This document shows, piece by piece, positions 21,583 to 31,466 of a stretch of 64,000 nt of DNA (position 1 is its first letter; the number at the start of each line of letters is the position of its first letter). Made by a program: the position numbers and the translations under genes. Under the pieces are notes generated by a model. That model made no database searches. It saw nothing but the letters and a program-made list of their open reading frames with translations, and was not told the origin of the DNA. The stretch is taken from NCBI GenBank assembly GCA_963727445.1, contig CAVSGI010000013.1, forward strand, positions 273,316 to 337,315. Direction: 5' to 3'. The stretch comes from an uncultured delta proteobacterium (GTDB lineage: Bacteria; Myxococcota_A; Polyangia; Polyangiales; B10-G4).

Positions 21583-22998
21583 ATGGGGGCGTCGACCGGC
21601 GCGAAATGCATCGTCCTTGCCGCGGCGGTCTCGCTGCTCGCGGGCTGCGATGGCGATCCGTCGGTGCTGGCGGTCGACGTGCGGACGGATCTCGTGCCGG
21701 GCGTGGAGTTCACGCGGGTGCGTTCGGCGCTGGATAGCGGCGGGCCGGGGATGATCACGATGGATGCCGCCTCGGCCATCGACCAGGACTTCGTGGCTGG
21801 ACAGAGAGTGGCGGAATACGAGGCGCTATCCGCTGGCACCTATCGGCTGGTGGTGGAGCTCCTCGAAGCCGATGGACGCGTGGCGCTCTCCCGGCCGGTG
21901 TCGGTGACCTTCGACGGCACGTCCCTCGGGGTCACGGTGGTGCTCACGCGCGACTGCCGCGGCGTCGTCTGCCCGGAGGGCGGCGATCCGTCGGCCACCG
22001 CCTGCCTCGGCGGACGGTGCGTGTCGCCCGAGTGCTCCGCTGAGCAGCTCGAGCGCTGCGGAACGCCCGAGTGCACTGCGATCGCCGAGTGTCCGTTGGG
22101 CGCCGCGTGCGCGAGCGTGTCCTGTGAGAGCGGTGCGTGTCTCCTCGCGCCGCGAAACGACCAATGCGCCGCGAGCGAGTACTGCGATCCCGAAGTCGGC
22201 TGTCGGCCACGCCCCGGCGCCGGGGACTCGGGACCCTCCGACGGGGGCACCGACGCCGACGCCGCGCCCGACGGCAGCATCGATGCGGGCCCGACCGACG
22301 CGGCCGTCGACTCCGCCCTTCCGGACGGCGATGCGGGGAGCTCGCTCTTCATGGTCGACATGTCCGGCGGCGATGTCGTGATCACTTCGCCAGGCCGCTT
22401 CACCCTCGCCTTCGAGGGCGGACATCGCTACCAAACGGGCGCCTGGTACGACCTCGCTTCGAGCGCAGGCGACGACCTCGGTGGGATCTCCGGCGACTCC
22501 ATGCTGCGTCGACGGACCTTCCAGACGCCGATTGGCTTTCACGCCAGTGGCGCCTGGTACCGCATCGACACCGCTGGCGGCGAGCTCGTCAGCGTCGACA
22601 CGCCGATGCCGGACGTGATCGTCCTGACGAGCCGCCTGACCTGGACCATCCCCGGCGGCGAAGCCGAGGCGCTGGTCACGAATCGGATCTCCATCGACGG
22701 GCACTGGCAGGTCACGGTGGAGCTGAGCGCCACGGCATCCATCAGCGTCGACGCGGTCGAATACGCCTTCACCAGCGTGGACCGCGCCCCCACCTGGGAC
22801 GAGGTCGATACCGCCGACTCTTTCACCTTCACCCGCACGGACGTCACCCCTCCGCCGAGCATCAGCGTGACCAAGATGGCCAGCCAGCCCGGGGCCTGGG
22901 CCACCAACTTCCCCGGCTACAACGCGTACTTCGAAGCGAGCTCCGCGGGAGACCCCTCGACCACCCCCCTCGTCCTCGACTGGGAAAATCAGATCTAG
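21583..22998 (+). CDS. Lipoprotein, hypothetical, with a Cys-rich EGF-like segment.
   Basis: ATG at 21583, MGASTGAKCIVLAAAVSLLAGC|DGD. The 5' 370 codons of the 844-aa six-frame ORF are antisense to the zinc-ribbon gene. Confidence 0.55.
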   Translation: MGASTGAKCIVLAAAVSLLAGCDGDPSVLAVDVRTDLVPGVEFTRVRSALDSGGPGMITMDAASAIDQDFVAGQRVAEYEALSAGTYRLVVELLEADGRVALSRPVSVTFDGTSLGVTVVLTRDCRGVVCPEGGDPSATACLGGRCVSPECSAEQLERCGTPECTAIAECPLGAACASVSCESGACLLAPRNDQCAASEYCDPEVGCRPRPGAGDSGPSDGGTDADAAPDGSIDAGPTDAAVDSALPDGDAGSSLFMVDMSGGDVVITSPGRFTLAFEGGHRYQTGAWYDLASSAGDDLGGISGDSMLRRRTFQTPIGFHASGAWYRIDTAGGELVSVDTPMPDVIVLTSRLTWTIPGGEAEALVTNRISIDGHWQVTVELSATASISVDAVEYAFTSVDRAPTWDEVDTADSFTFTRTDVTPPPSISVTKMASQPGAWATNFPGYNAYFEASSAGDPSTTPLVLDWENQI

Positions 22999-23106
22999 GA
23001 AACGACATCGAGAGGCCCTCACTCGTTTGGCGCCCAAGTGGCGAACGTGTTGCCGTCTGGGAGAACGCCCCGAGCCGGGGCGCGCGGTCGTGCTAGACGA
23101 GCCTCG

Positions 23107-24669
23107 ATGCGTCCCCGCCTCGCTTTCCTTCTCCTCCTCCTCTTCCTCCCCACGCTCCTCTCCGCCTGCGGTAGCAAGACCGCGCTCGTCACCGGCTCGG
23201 CGCCGGCGGACTCGGGCGTCGACTCCGCCGTGGACACCTCGGTCGCCGACACCGCCGTCGTCGACACCGCCCCCGACAGTCGCCCTTCCTGCGTCTCCGA
23301 CGACGAGTGCGACGACGGCGTCTTCTGCAACGGTGTCGAGGTCTGCACCATGGGCGTCTGCGCGACGGGCCCGGTGCTCGACTGCATCCCGCCGCCCGAC
23401 GGATGCACCGATGGCTTCTGCGACGAGGCGACGCGCGCCTGCGTCTTCGTCCCGGTCGACCGCGACATGGACGGCCAGTTCCCGCTCGGTTGCCCGATGG
23501 GGACCGACTGCAACGACGAAGACCCGACCGTCTTCGAAGGCGCGATGGAGCTCTGCGACTATCAGGACAACGACTGCAACTCGCAGGTGGACGAGGGGCT
23601 GCCCTACGCCGGCCTCGGTGATGCGCGTGACGTCTCGGCCGGCGTGACCGGTGCGAGCCGCCCCGACGTCGGATGGAGCGGCTCGGAGTATCAGGTGGTC
23701 TACGACAGCGAGGACGGCCACGGTCAGGTGTTCCTGACGAACGTCCGGCGCAACGGACAACCGGCGAGCGATCCCACCGAGGTGACCTTCTCGATGGTGC
23801 TCGCGAGCTCCGCCGATCTCCAGTGGACGGGCAGCGAGTACGGCCTGTGGCACCACTTCCACCTCGACTCACTCGCGCAGGGAACGGTCTCCCTCACGCG
23901 CATCGACGCTTCCGGATCGATCGTCCGTCGCGCGGTCGCCACGACCCCGGACGTCCCCGACGCCGACGTCCCAGCCGCGGCCTGGAGCGGGACCGACTGG
24001 GGTGTGGCCTTCGTCGCGAGCCCTCGTCGAGGCGCGCGGGAGGTTCGCTTCGTGCGCGCCGCGCGGGACGGCAGCGCCACCGTGATGCCCTTCACCCTCT
24101 CCGGGCCCCTGGCCATCCCTTTCGTGAAGCCTTCGGTGGCTTGGACCGGGCGCCGCTTCGTCGCAGCCTGGGGCGAAGGGAGCACCGTCCGGCTGGCGGC
24201 CCTCGATCCAGGCGGGAGTCGTGTGGATTGGCAGCGGCGACTCCCCGCCCTCGACGAGCCTCAGGTCTCGCTCCAGTGGACGGGGAGCGAGCTGATGGTG
24301 ACCTTCACCTCGACCACCACCGTCGACCAGGTCCACCTCGTCCGTTACGGCGACGACGGATTGCCGCACGGCGCGACCGTCACGCTGAGCGCCAGCCCCG
24401 CGCAGCAATCCGGCGTCGACAGCGTCTGGACGGGAAGCGAGCTGGCGGTGACGTATCAGAACGGACGGTCCCCGGCCGTCGGCACCTGGGTGGTTCGCGT
24501 GGGCGAAGGGGCGAGGTGGATCAGCCCACCGGGCATGGTCGACGATCGCGCCGCGACCGTTCTGCCCGGTGCCGCCATCGCGTATTCGGGCCGCGAGTAC
24601 GGCGTGGCGTTCCCGGCGGCGTCCGCGCGCGGCGGCGCCGTCTTCTTCAGGCGCGTCGGCTGCGACTGA
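23107..24669 (+). CDS. Lipoprotein with myxobacterial MopE-like 'putative metal-binding' Cys/Asp motifs plus a C-terminal repeat domain.
   Basis: ATG at 23107, MRPRLAFLLLLLFLPTLLSAC|GSK. 'VDRDMDGQFPLGCPMGTDCNDEDPTVFEGAMELCDYQDNDCNSQVDEG'. Confidence 0.6.
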   Translation: MRPRLAFLLLLLFLPTLLSACGSKTALVTGSAPADSGVDSAVDTSVADTAVVDTAPDSRPSCVSDDECDDGVFCNGVEVCTMGVCATGPVLDCIPPPDGCTDGFCDEATRACVFVPVDRDMDGQFPLGCPMGTDCNDEDPTVFEGAMELCDYQDNDCNSQVDEGLPYAGLGDARDVSAGVTGASRPDVGWSGSEYQVVYDSEDGHGQVFLTNVRRNGQPASDPTEVTFSMVLASSADLQWTGSEYGLWHHFHLDSLAQGTVSLTRIDASGSIVRRAVATTPDVPDADVPAAAWSGTDWGVAFVASPRRGAREVRFVRAARDGSATVMPFTLSGPLAIPFVKPSVAWTGRRFVAAWGEGSTVRLAALDPGGSRVDWQRRLPALDEPQVSLQWTGSELMVTFTSTTTVDQVHLVRYGDDGLPHGATVTLSASPAQQSGVDSVWTGSELAVTYQNGRSPAVGTWVVRVGEGARWISPPGMVDDRAATVLPGAAIAYSGREYGVAFPAASARGGAVFFRRVGCD

Positions 24670-24675
24670 GCGGCG

Positions 24676-24972
24676 TCAGCCCTTCGCCTTGGCGACGTAG
24701 CGAAGCTTGAGGTCGGCGAGGACCTGCGTGAGCAGGCGCTCTTCCTCGCCGTCGAGATTGCCCTGCGTCTTCTCTTCGATGAGCTGCAAGAGATCGATGC
24801 TCTGACGCGCGAGGCCGAGGTTGACCTGACCACCCTCGGGGTGCGCCGCCTCGCCGAGGTGCGCGAGCGCGCTCGTGCTCAGCGAGAGGATGAAGGTGGT
24901 GAAGTCGATCGGCGGAACGTCTTCGCCGTCGGGAGAGGGGAGCGGGGCCTCGTCCTTCGCGTCCTCCGACAC
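24676..24972 (-). CDS. DUF1844-like small protein.
   Basis: 'IDFTTFILSLSTSALAHLGE' matches the DUF1844 core. Confidence 0.55.
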   Translation of the reverse strand: MSEDAKDEAPLPSPDGEDVPPIDFTTFILSLSTSALAHLGEAAHPEGGQVNLGLARQSIDLLQLIEEKTQGNLDGEEERLLTQVLADLKLRYVAKAKG

Positions 24973-24973
24973 G

Positions 24974-25192
24974 TCAGGCCTCGCTCGGCTCGGCGGGCGC
25001 GGCGGCGGCGGCGGCGGGGGTCGAAGCGGCCTCCTCCTCCTCGGGGGGTGCGAAGTCGATCACCTCGGCGTTGTCCTCCACGTCCTTCAGGCCGCCGAGG
25101 TGCTTGTCGTACTCCTCACGCGAGATCAGCCCTTTTTTGATGTTCCGGTCGACGGTCCGCTTGTCGAATAGGGAGTCTCGGTTGTCCACCAT
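24974..25192 (-). CDS. Small acidic protein, hypothetical. 1-nt gap to the DUF1844 gene.
   Basis: 72-aa ORF, MVDNRDSLFDKRTVDRNIKKGLISREEYDKHLGGLKDVEDN..., then a low-complexity Ala/Glu tail. Confidence 0.4.
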   Translation of the reverse strand: MVDNRDSLFDKRTVDRNIKKGLISREEYDKHLGGLKDVEDNAEVIDFAPPEEEEAASTPAAAAAAPAEPSEA

Positions 25193-25293
25193 GTGCGCCT
25201 CTCTCGGGTCGGGGTAAGGTTCTGCGGGTGTCGGGCGCGGAGTGTAGAGTTCGCCCGCCCCGTGTCAAACACGTCCCGCCGGATTATCCGTCA

Positions 25294-25881
25294 ATGAAGA
25301 CCCCTTCCCCCGTCGCCTCGGCCGCCCTCCTCGCTCTGCTCTTCACCGCCGGCTGCACCCGGGCCGAATCCCCTTCGGAGCGCCGGAACGAGGCCCTGAG
25401 CGAGAGCCAGCCGACGCCCGAAGCCTCGGGCCTGACCCGGGTCGATCCCACCGACCTCCCCTCAGCGGCGGAGCCCCCCCAGGCCAACACCCCCGCCAGC
25501 CCCGAACAGGCCCGCCTCAATCAGCTCCTTCGCGCCATGAACGAGGCGTCCGAGGAAGCCGCCGAGGCCGAAGGCGCGACCGAGTGCGAGCGCGCCTACG
25601 ACAGCAGCCGGCGCTTCGCCGAAGCCCTGCGACAGCGCATGGGCGGCGACCCGCTGCCGCCGGACACGCCGGCGCGCCGCGACGCGTTCGTCAACGCATG
25701 CGGCCACCTCCCGGCGGACGTGCAGAGGTGCATGGTGATGTCCTACTCGGTGTCGCATACCGAGGAGTGCACCAGCGTACGGCGCGACATGAACGACGAG
25801 ACCCGCGAAGGCGTGCGCCGGTTGATGGCCGACCTCGGGCCGCTGGCCGCGGCGGCCGTACCCGAAGAAGAAGCGGAGTAG
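25294..25881 (+). CDS. Lipoprotein, hypothetical.
   Basis: ATG at 25294, MKTPSPVASAALLALLFTAGC|TRA. Ends 8 nt before the AAA ATPase gene. Confidence 0.5.
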   Translation: MKTPSPVASAALLALLFTAGCTRAESPSERRNEALSESQPTPEASGLTRVDPTDLPSAAEPPQANTPASPEQARLNQLLRAMNEASEEAAEAEGATECERAYDSSRRFAEALRQRMGGDPLPPDTPARRDAFVNACGHLPADVQRCMVMSYSVSHTEECTSVRRDMNDETREGVRRLMADLGPLAAAAVPEEEAE

Positions 25882-25888
25882 CGCACCG

Positions 25889-27394
25889 ATGCCCGACAGC
25901 GTGCTCCCCAGCCTCGATCAGATCCGAGATCTGGAGATCCTGATCAAGGCGCACCACCCGTTGATCCTCATCGAGACCATCGAAGAGGATCGGGTCGGCA
26001 CGCTCATCGAGTACCTCGCCGACCGGCTGAAGCTGCCCCTCTACACCTGGACGGCGCACCGCGGCCTCTCCACCGCCGAGGGTCCGCCCCTGGCGGGAAC
26101 CGACGCCGCCGACCGCATGCTCGACTTCGTGGCCCAGAGCAACGCCGAAGCGCTCTATCACCTCCGCGGTTTCACGCCGGCCTTCACGGACCCGCCGCTG
26201 GTGGCGCGCCTCAAGGATCTCTACAAGCAGCTCTTCGCCCACCGGGGCGCGCTGATCATGACTGGGGTGGACGCGAGCCCGTCGCCGGACCTCGAAGCGC
26301 TCTTCACGGTGGTGGACCTCGAGCCGCCGACGCCCCACGCGTATTACCAGTTCGTCTCCAACGTCCTTCGCGACCTTCGAAAGCGCATGGAGATCCAGGT
26401 CGACCTCTCGGGCGAGGACGTGGCGGTGCTGCTGAGCCACCTGCGCGGGCTGACGTTCTTCGAGGTGAAGAAGATCGTGACCCAGGCGGTGATCGAGGAT
26501 GGGCGCCTCGACCGCAGCGACATCGAGAAGGTGCTCGAAGCCAAGAAGCGCGCGATCCAGCGCTCGGGCGTCCTCGACTACTACCCGGCCGACCAGAGCC
26601 TCGGCGACCTGGCCGGCCTCGACAACCTCAAGACCTGGCTCCGCAAGCGGAAGAACGCCTTCGCCAACCCCGACGAGGCCAAACGCTTCGGCCTGAGCGC
26701 GCCCAAAGGGCTGTTGCTGCTGGGGGTGCAGGGCTGCGGCAAGAGCATGTGCGCCAAGGCGGTCGCCGCGGAATGGCAACTGCCGCTGATCCGCCTCGAC
26801 CCGAGCTCGCTCTACAACAAGTTCGTGGGCGAGTCGGAGAAGAACCTGATGCGGGCGATCAAGACCGCCGAGCAGATGGCGCCCATCGTCTTGTGGATCG
26901 ACGAGATTGAGAAGGCCTTCGGCGGTCAGGAGGGCTCCGGGAGCGACTCGGGCACCACCAGCCGCATCTTCGGCACGTTCCTGACGTGGCTCAACGACAA
27001 GAAGGAGAGCGTCTTCGTCATCGCCACGGCGAACGACATCTCGCGCCTGCCGCCCGAGCTCCTTCGCAAGGGCCGCTTCGACGAAATCTTCTTCGTGGAC
27101 CTGCCCGACGCCGAGACCCGCGCCCGCATCTTCGCCGTGCATCTGAGCCGCCGCGATCGGGCGCCGGAGGGCTTCGATCTCGAGGCGCTGGCGGCCGCGA
27201 CCGAAGGCTTCAGCGGTGCGGAGATCGAGCAGGTGGTGATCAGCGCGCTCTACACCGCCTTCAGCGATGGCCGTGCGCTCGACGACGTGCTGCTCCTCGA
27301 AGAGGCGCGCGGCACCCGGCCACTGTCGGTGACCATGGGCGAAAAGATCGCCGAGCTCCGCGCCTGGGCGGAGGACCGCGCCGTCCCCGCCTGA
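25889..27394 (+). CDS. AAA family ATPase (Ycf46-like: N-terminal domain plus a C-terminal classic-clade AAA module).
   Basis: Walker A '[15 protein letters not shown]', Walker B '[12 protein letters not shown]', second region of homology '[25 protein letters not shown]'. Confidence 0.8.
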   Translation: MPDSVLPSLDQIRDLEILIKAHHPLILIETIEEDRVGTLIEYLADRLKLPLYTWTAHRGLSTAEGPPLAGTDAADRMLDFVAQSNAEALYHLRGFTPAFTDPPLVARLKDLYKQLFAHRGALIMTGVDASPSPDLEALFTVVDLEPPTPHAYYQFVSNVLRDLRKRMEIQVDLSGEDVAVLLSHLRGLTFFEVKKIVTQAVIEDGRLDRSDIEKVLEAKKRAIQRSGVLDYYPADQSLGDLAGLDNLKTWLRKRKNAFANPDEAKRFGLSAPKGLLLLGVQGCGKSMCAKAVAAEWQLPLIRLDPSSLYNKFVGESEKNLMRAIKTAEQMAPIVLWIDEIEKAFGGQEGSGSDSGTTSRIFGTFLTWLNDKKESVFVIATANDISRLPPELLRKGRFDEIFFVDLPDAETRARIFAVHLSRRDRAPEGFDLEALAAATEGFSGAEIEQVVISALYTAFSDGRALDDVLLLEEARGTRPLSVTMGEKIAELRAWAEDRAVPA

Positions 27395-27572
27395 CCTTTC
27401 ACTCCTGCATTTTCATCATTGCAGATGCGAAGGATTTGCGGCTGTCGCGGCGCGAGTTCGGCAATGATTCTCCGACTGACACCCTTGGCACTCCGTTTGC
27501 TTTGTCTCCCTCGCGAAGCGACAGTGGGTGAAAGCAACCCCCCCCCACGCCGACGCCCACGCGCTTCAATCT

Positions 27573-27618
27573 GGCCCGCGATCGTACCCCCCACGGTCGC
27601 GGGCCTTCATTTTTGTCG
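27573..27618 (+). terminator. Rho-independent terminator-like hairpin (GGCCCGCGATCG-loop-CGGTCGCGGGCC) followed by TTCATTTTTGTCG.
   Basis: 12-bp GC stem with one mismatch, 9-nt loop, T-run. It lies ~180 nt downstream of the AAA gene stop. Confidence 0.5.
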
Positions 27619-27697
27619 TGTCGGATCGGCGGCGCCGTGACTCGACAACGGGCGGGTGCGTGAAGGCCGGCCGGGAGGCGGGATGCGCGTTTCGCTT

Positions 27698-27858
27698 CAC
27701 GGGGACGGTCTACACTTTTCAACTTTCGCCTTGGCCGCGGGTATGCGGGTGGAACCCCGACGTGCGTGGCGAAAGTTGAAAAGTGTAGACCGTCCCCACT
27801 AGCCTGCGGGTGGAACCCCGACGTGCGTGGCGAAAGTTGAAAAGTGTAGACCGTCCCC
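27698..27858. repeat. REP-like element locus B. One forward copy (27698-27730) and two reverse copies (27770-27797, 27831-27858). A 53-nt unit (GCGGGTGGAACCCCGACGTGCGTGG plus the reverse copy) is tandemly duplicated.
   Basis: GGGGACGGTCTACACTTTTCAACTTTCG and its exact reverse complement were read directly. They can form a ~28-bp stem. Confidence 0.85.
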
Positions 27859-27859
27859 A

Positions 27860-29086
27860 TTAGCCTTCGGATCGGTATTCGAGGTAGCCGCTGACCAGGG
27901 CGTCGTAGAGCCAGCCGGCGACGATGCGGCGGCCGTGCGGGCTGAGGTGCTTGAGGTCCGAGGCGGCGAGGCCCTCGTGCAACCACCGGCGAAAGGAGCC
28001 GGCGCCACCCATCGCGGCGTAGGTGTCGAAGAAGGCGCAGCCGGCCTCGTGCGCCGCCGCCCGCTGGGCGTCGACCGCGGCCTGCACCTCCTCGGGACGA
28101 ATGTGGCTCCGGCCGCTCATCTCGTGCTCGATGATCCCGGTGAGGAGGCAGCCCGACTCGGGCAGAGCGCTCCGCACCCGCGCCAGCACCCGCCGGGTCT
28201 CCTCCTGAAACTCCGCGGAGGAACCCGCGCGCCCCACGTGGCGGCGCAGGTCGTTTCCGCCGTAGGTGAGGATCACCAGGTCCGAGGCCCGGGCGCGGAG
28301 CTGGCCGGCGAAATGTGGCTCGTCGTACTCGAGGAGCCGCGTGGTGAAGGCGCCGATCATCGACAGCGTGTCCCAGACCACCCCTGGCCCGTCGGTCTCG
28401 AGCACCACGCCATACGCGCGCGTGCGCCCGCCGCCCGCATGGCGGAGCCGCACCTTGTGGTGACCGGCGGGCATGCGCATGCGATGGAAGCGGTCTTCGA
28501 GCGCCTCCGCCGCCGTGTCGAAGATCAGCTCGGGCTCGCCGTCGACCTTCAGTCCCAGCCGCCCGCCGCGCCGCTGCGTCGCGTACCACAGCTCGAGTCG
28601 ACTCGCGGTCGTGCCGTATCCGCCCTCGCGGCGGGTCTCGATGATCGTACGCGCCCCCCGCGAGCCGAGGGTGGCGACGCCCCCGAGACCGTAGTGGCCG
28701 TCGTCGAGGCAGCGGAAGATCAGGTAGCAGAACTCCCATGGCGGACGGTTCGCCAGGTGAACGGTGTTGTTGCGGTACGAGGTGGAGTGCGGTTGTGCGA
28801 GGACGAAACCGGTGCCGCCGTCCCCGAAGCGATCCTGAAAACGGCGGCGGAGGTAGTGAGGGAGCTGATCCATCCCGATAGAGGAGTCGCCCATATGGGT
28901 CACGCGGGTGATGGCACCCCTCGCGCCGTCGTCGGTGCGCGCGAGCGCGCGGTAGAACCCGTCGAGGGAGTGGGCGGGGTCGGTGATGGGATGCTCCGCG
29001 GCCCGCGGATCACCGTCGCGCGGCTGCCAGCTCGGGGTCGCTGGCCGCACCGGCGAGGGGGCCGGTGCGTCGACCGCTGGCGGCAC
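27860..29086 (-). CDS. SGNH/GDSL-family hydrolase, probably a lipoprotein. The N-terminus is unresolved.
   Basis: 'VTHMGDSSIGMD' (block I Ser) and 'ILTYGGNDL' (block III). An in-frame upstream lipoprotein signal RLFAALACSLALASC lacks a canonical start codon (see finding). Confidence 0.65.
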   Translation of the reverse strand: MPPAVDAPAPSPVRPATPSWQPRDGDPRAAEHPITDPAHSLDGFYRALARTDDGARGAITRVTHMGDSSIGMDQLPHYLRRRFQDRFGDGGTGFVLAQPHSTSYRNNTVHLANRPPWEFCYLIFRCLDDGHYGLGGVATLGSRGARTIIETRREGGYGTTASRLELWYATQRRGGRLGLKVDGEPELIFDTAAEALEDRFHRMRMPAGHHKVRLRHAGGGRTRAYGVVLETDGPGVVWDTLSMIGAFTTRLLEYDEPHFAGQLRARASDLVILTYGGNDLRRHVGRAGSSAEFQEETRRVLARVRSALPESGCLLTGIIEHEMSGRSHIRPEEVQAAVDAQRAAAHEAGCAFFDTYAAMGGAGSFRRWLHEGLAASDLKHLSPHGRRIVAGWLYDALVSGYLEYRSEG

Positions 29087-29227
29087 CGGCGTGGGTCGAT
29101 CCGTGTGGGCGTCGGTGTCGCTCGCCCCCTGCGTCCCGCAGGACGCGAGCGCGAGCGAACACGCCAGCGCCGCGAAGAGCCGCGAGGGTCGTCTATCGAA
29201 GGAGGGGTAGCCGCGCGAGTCGATGGA

Positions 29228-30256
29228 CTAGCGTAGCGCGCCGGAGGCGAGGATGGCGCCGATCGTTTCAGCGGCCGTGTCGAGCGCCCGCCGGCCCGGA
29301 CGGGCGGCCATGGCGACGACCCAGCGCTCGCCGGTATCGGTCCGCTCGACGAAGAGGACGTCGCTCACCCATTCGTTCGCGAAGCCGGGCTTGTGATAGA
29401 CGCGGACCGGAACGTCACCGAAGGCCCGCTCCACGATCTCTGCGATCTCCCGGTTCTGTGCGTGGGCCAGGGCGTCGCGCATCACGGCGAGGTCTTCGGG
29501 CGCCAGGTCGTAGCGCATGCCCTCGGGGAGCTCGTCGTGGAGCATGATGCGCGACATCACCTCCGCCAGCTCGAGGAGCGTCGTGCAGTTGCCCTGGTCG
29601 GGGCAGAGGTAGTGCCCAGCGCCCACCCGCGGAGGCAGCACGTAATGACGGTCGCCGCGTTGGATGAAGATGCGCGGCGAGATGCGGTTGAGCCCGTTCT
29701 GCGTCTCGGGGTCGATGTGACGCCCCGAATAAGCGCGCAGGAAGACGGTGTCGGCGAAACCGTTTTCCGGGACGAAGAACTCGGTGTTGATGCTGTCGAA
29801 GCCGACCAGCTCGACCAGGCGATCGAAGGAAGCGTTGTCGCTGAACTCGAGGGCGTGGCGAACGATCTGATCGAAGCGAAGGGTGACCAGGCCCTCGTCG
29901 TATTCGTAGGTCAGCCAGGCGTCGCCGCGGAAGCCCAGCGCGTGGATGCGCTCGTAGGCGGCCACGGCAGCGTAGATCTTCACCGAAGAGGCCGGCCACC
30001 AATCGTCACGATCGTCCGCCGTCCCCTCGTAGTCGAAGTAGGTCTCGGAGAGCGCGCCATCGTCGCCCGCATCGATGCGGACCACCAACGCCTTGAAATC
30101 GGTCGGGGGCGTGAAGCCACGCTCCGTCAGCAGAGCGGCGAGCCGAGCCTGGTCGACGTTGCGAGCCTGAGCACCGGCGCTCCGGGGCAGAGCGATCGAG
30201 GCGAGGGCGAGGGCCGCCGCGAAGTAATGGGGACGCACTGAGGACATTCGATACAC
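29228..30256 (-). CDS. Secreted serine hydrolase of the class A beta-lactamase fold.
   Basis: Signal peptide, then S-x-x-K 'ASSVK', 'FSDNA' (SDN loop) and 'HKPGF' (KTG-like). Confidence 0.65.
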   Translation of the reverse strand: MYRMSSVRPHYFAAALALASIALPRSAGAQARNVDQARLAALLTERGFTPPTDFKALVVRIDAGDDGALSETYFDYEGTADDRDDWWPASSVKIYAAVAAYERIHALGFRGDAWLTYEYDEGLVTLRFDQIVRHALEFSDNASFDRLVELVGFDSINTEFFVPENGFADTVFLRAYSGRHIDPETQNGLNRISPRIFIQRGDRHYVLPPRVGAGHYLCPDQGNCTTLLELAEVMSRIMLHDELPEGMRYDLAPEDLAVMRDALAHAQNREIAEIVERAFGDVPVRVYHKPGFANEWVSDVLFVERTDTGERWVVAMAARPGRRALDTAAETIGAILASGALR

Positions 30257-30264
30257 GCAATTGA

Positions 30265-31466
30265 TCAGAGAGTGAAGATGCCCCCGCTCGTCGTGTACTC
30301 CCCCTCACCGACAATTCCGCCCCACACCACCATCGACCGATCCGTCGCGCAGGCTCGGTGGTCCCTCCGCGGGCTCGGCGCCCCCTCGGTGGACAGCGGA
30401 GCCCAGGTATCGGTCACCGGCTCGAAGGCGCCGCCGCCGGCCGACAGGCCCTCCGCGGACTCGCCTCCGAAGATCACGACGCGGTCCGAGACGAGCACCC
30501 CGGAGGCGCCGGTCCGCGCGCTCGGCGCCCCCTCCATCGGCAGCGTCCGCCACACGTCCTCCGGCGCGACGTAAGCGGCGCCGTCGCCCAGCGGCTGGCT
30601 GGCGCTCCGTTCTCCGCCCCACACCACCATCTGCTCGCCGGCCCAGACTGCGACGTGCCTCAGGCGGGGCGAGGGCGCGCCCTCCGCGGCGAGCGGACGC
30701 CAGGAGTCCGTGGCCGGGTCGTAGCGCGCGCCGTCGCCGAGCGGACCGTTCGGGCCCACGCCTCCCCAGACGAGCATCTCCTGCCCCGTCCAGACGGCGG
30801 TGTGTCCAGCGCGAGGCGAGGGGGCGCCGACCGTGGACATCGGCCGGAAGGTGTTGGAGCGCGGATCGTAGATGGCCCCGGCGTCGTGATAGTCGCCGGG
30901 CGCGCCGAGCCCCCCGAAGAGGAGGATCGCTTCGCCGGTGTAGACGGCGGTGGCGTCGCTCGAGGGCGGCGGTGCACCCGCGCTGCTGGTGGGACGCCAG
31001 CTCCGCGTGTCGGGATCGTAGAGCCCTCCGTCGCCGAGCGCGTTCATCCCGTCGCGGCCGCCCCAGACGAAGAGCAGCGCATCGGCGAAGACCCCGACAT
31101 GTCGCACCCGCGCGCTCGGCGCACCCGAGCTCCCGAGCTCGGTCCAGAGGCCGTCGGCGACGTCGAGAATGGCGCCGCTGTTGAGATAGGTCTGAAACTG
31201 TCCTTCGACGGTGTGGCCTCCCCAGACGAAGAGGCGTCGCCCGAAGGCGCCCGCCGCGAAGCCGTCCCGACCGACCGGCGCACCCTCCTCGGAAAGCGCT
31301 CGCCAACGCCCCACCGGCTGCGCGGCCTCGGAGGTCGGCGTCTCCGCACGCGCGGCGACCGCCTCGACCGGGGCGACCTGCGCGCGGGGGGGCGCTGTGT
31401 CGTCATCGCAAGCCGCGAGGAGGACGAACGCGAAGCCGATGGAGAGCTGGCGGGTCCAGAGGGTCA
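30265..31466 (-). CDS. Kelch-repeat lipoprotein.
   Basis: Repeated 'GAPSxRxxHxAVWTGxxMxVWGG' blades, LLAAC|DDD lipobox. TTG start at 31466 overlaps the upstream stop by 3 nt. Confidence 0.65.

Noticed and set aside
21826-23862. 678-aa minus-strand ORF, and likewise 11383..12840, 25691..27142, 27399..28739, 27827..29236, 46616..47428 and 48146..49354.
   Set aside because: All are antisense or off-frame shadows of genes with recognisable signal peptides or motifs. The translations are Arg/Gly/Pro/Ala low-complexity.
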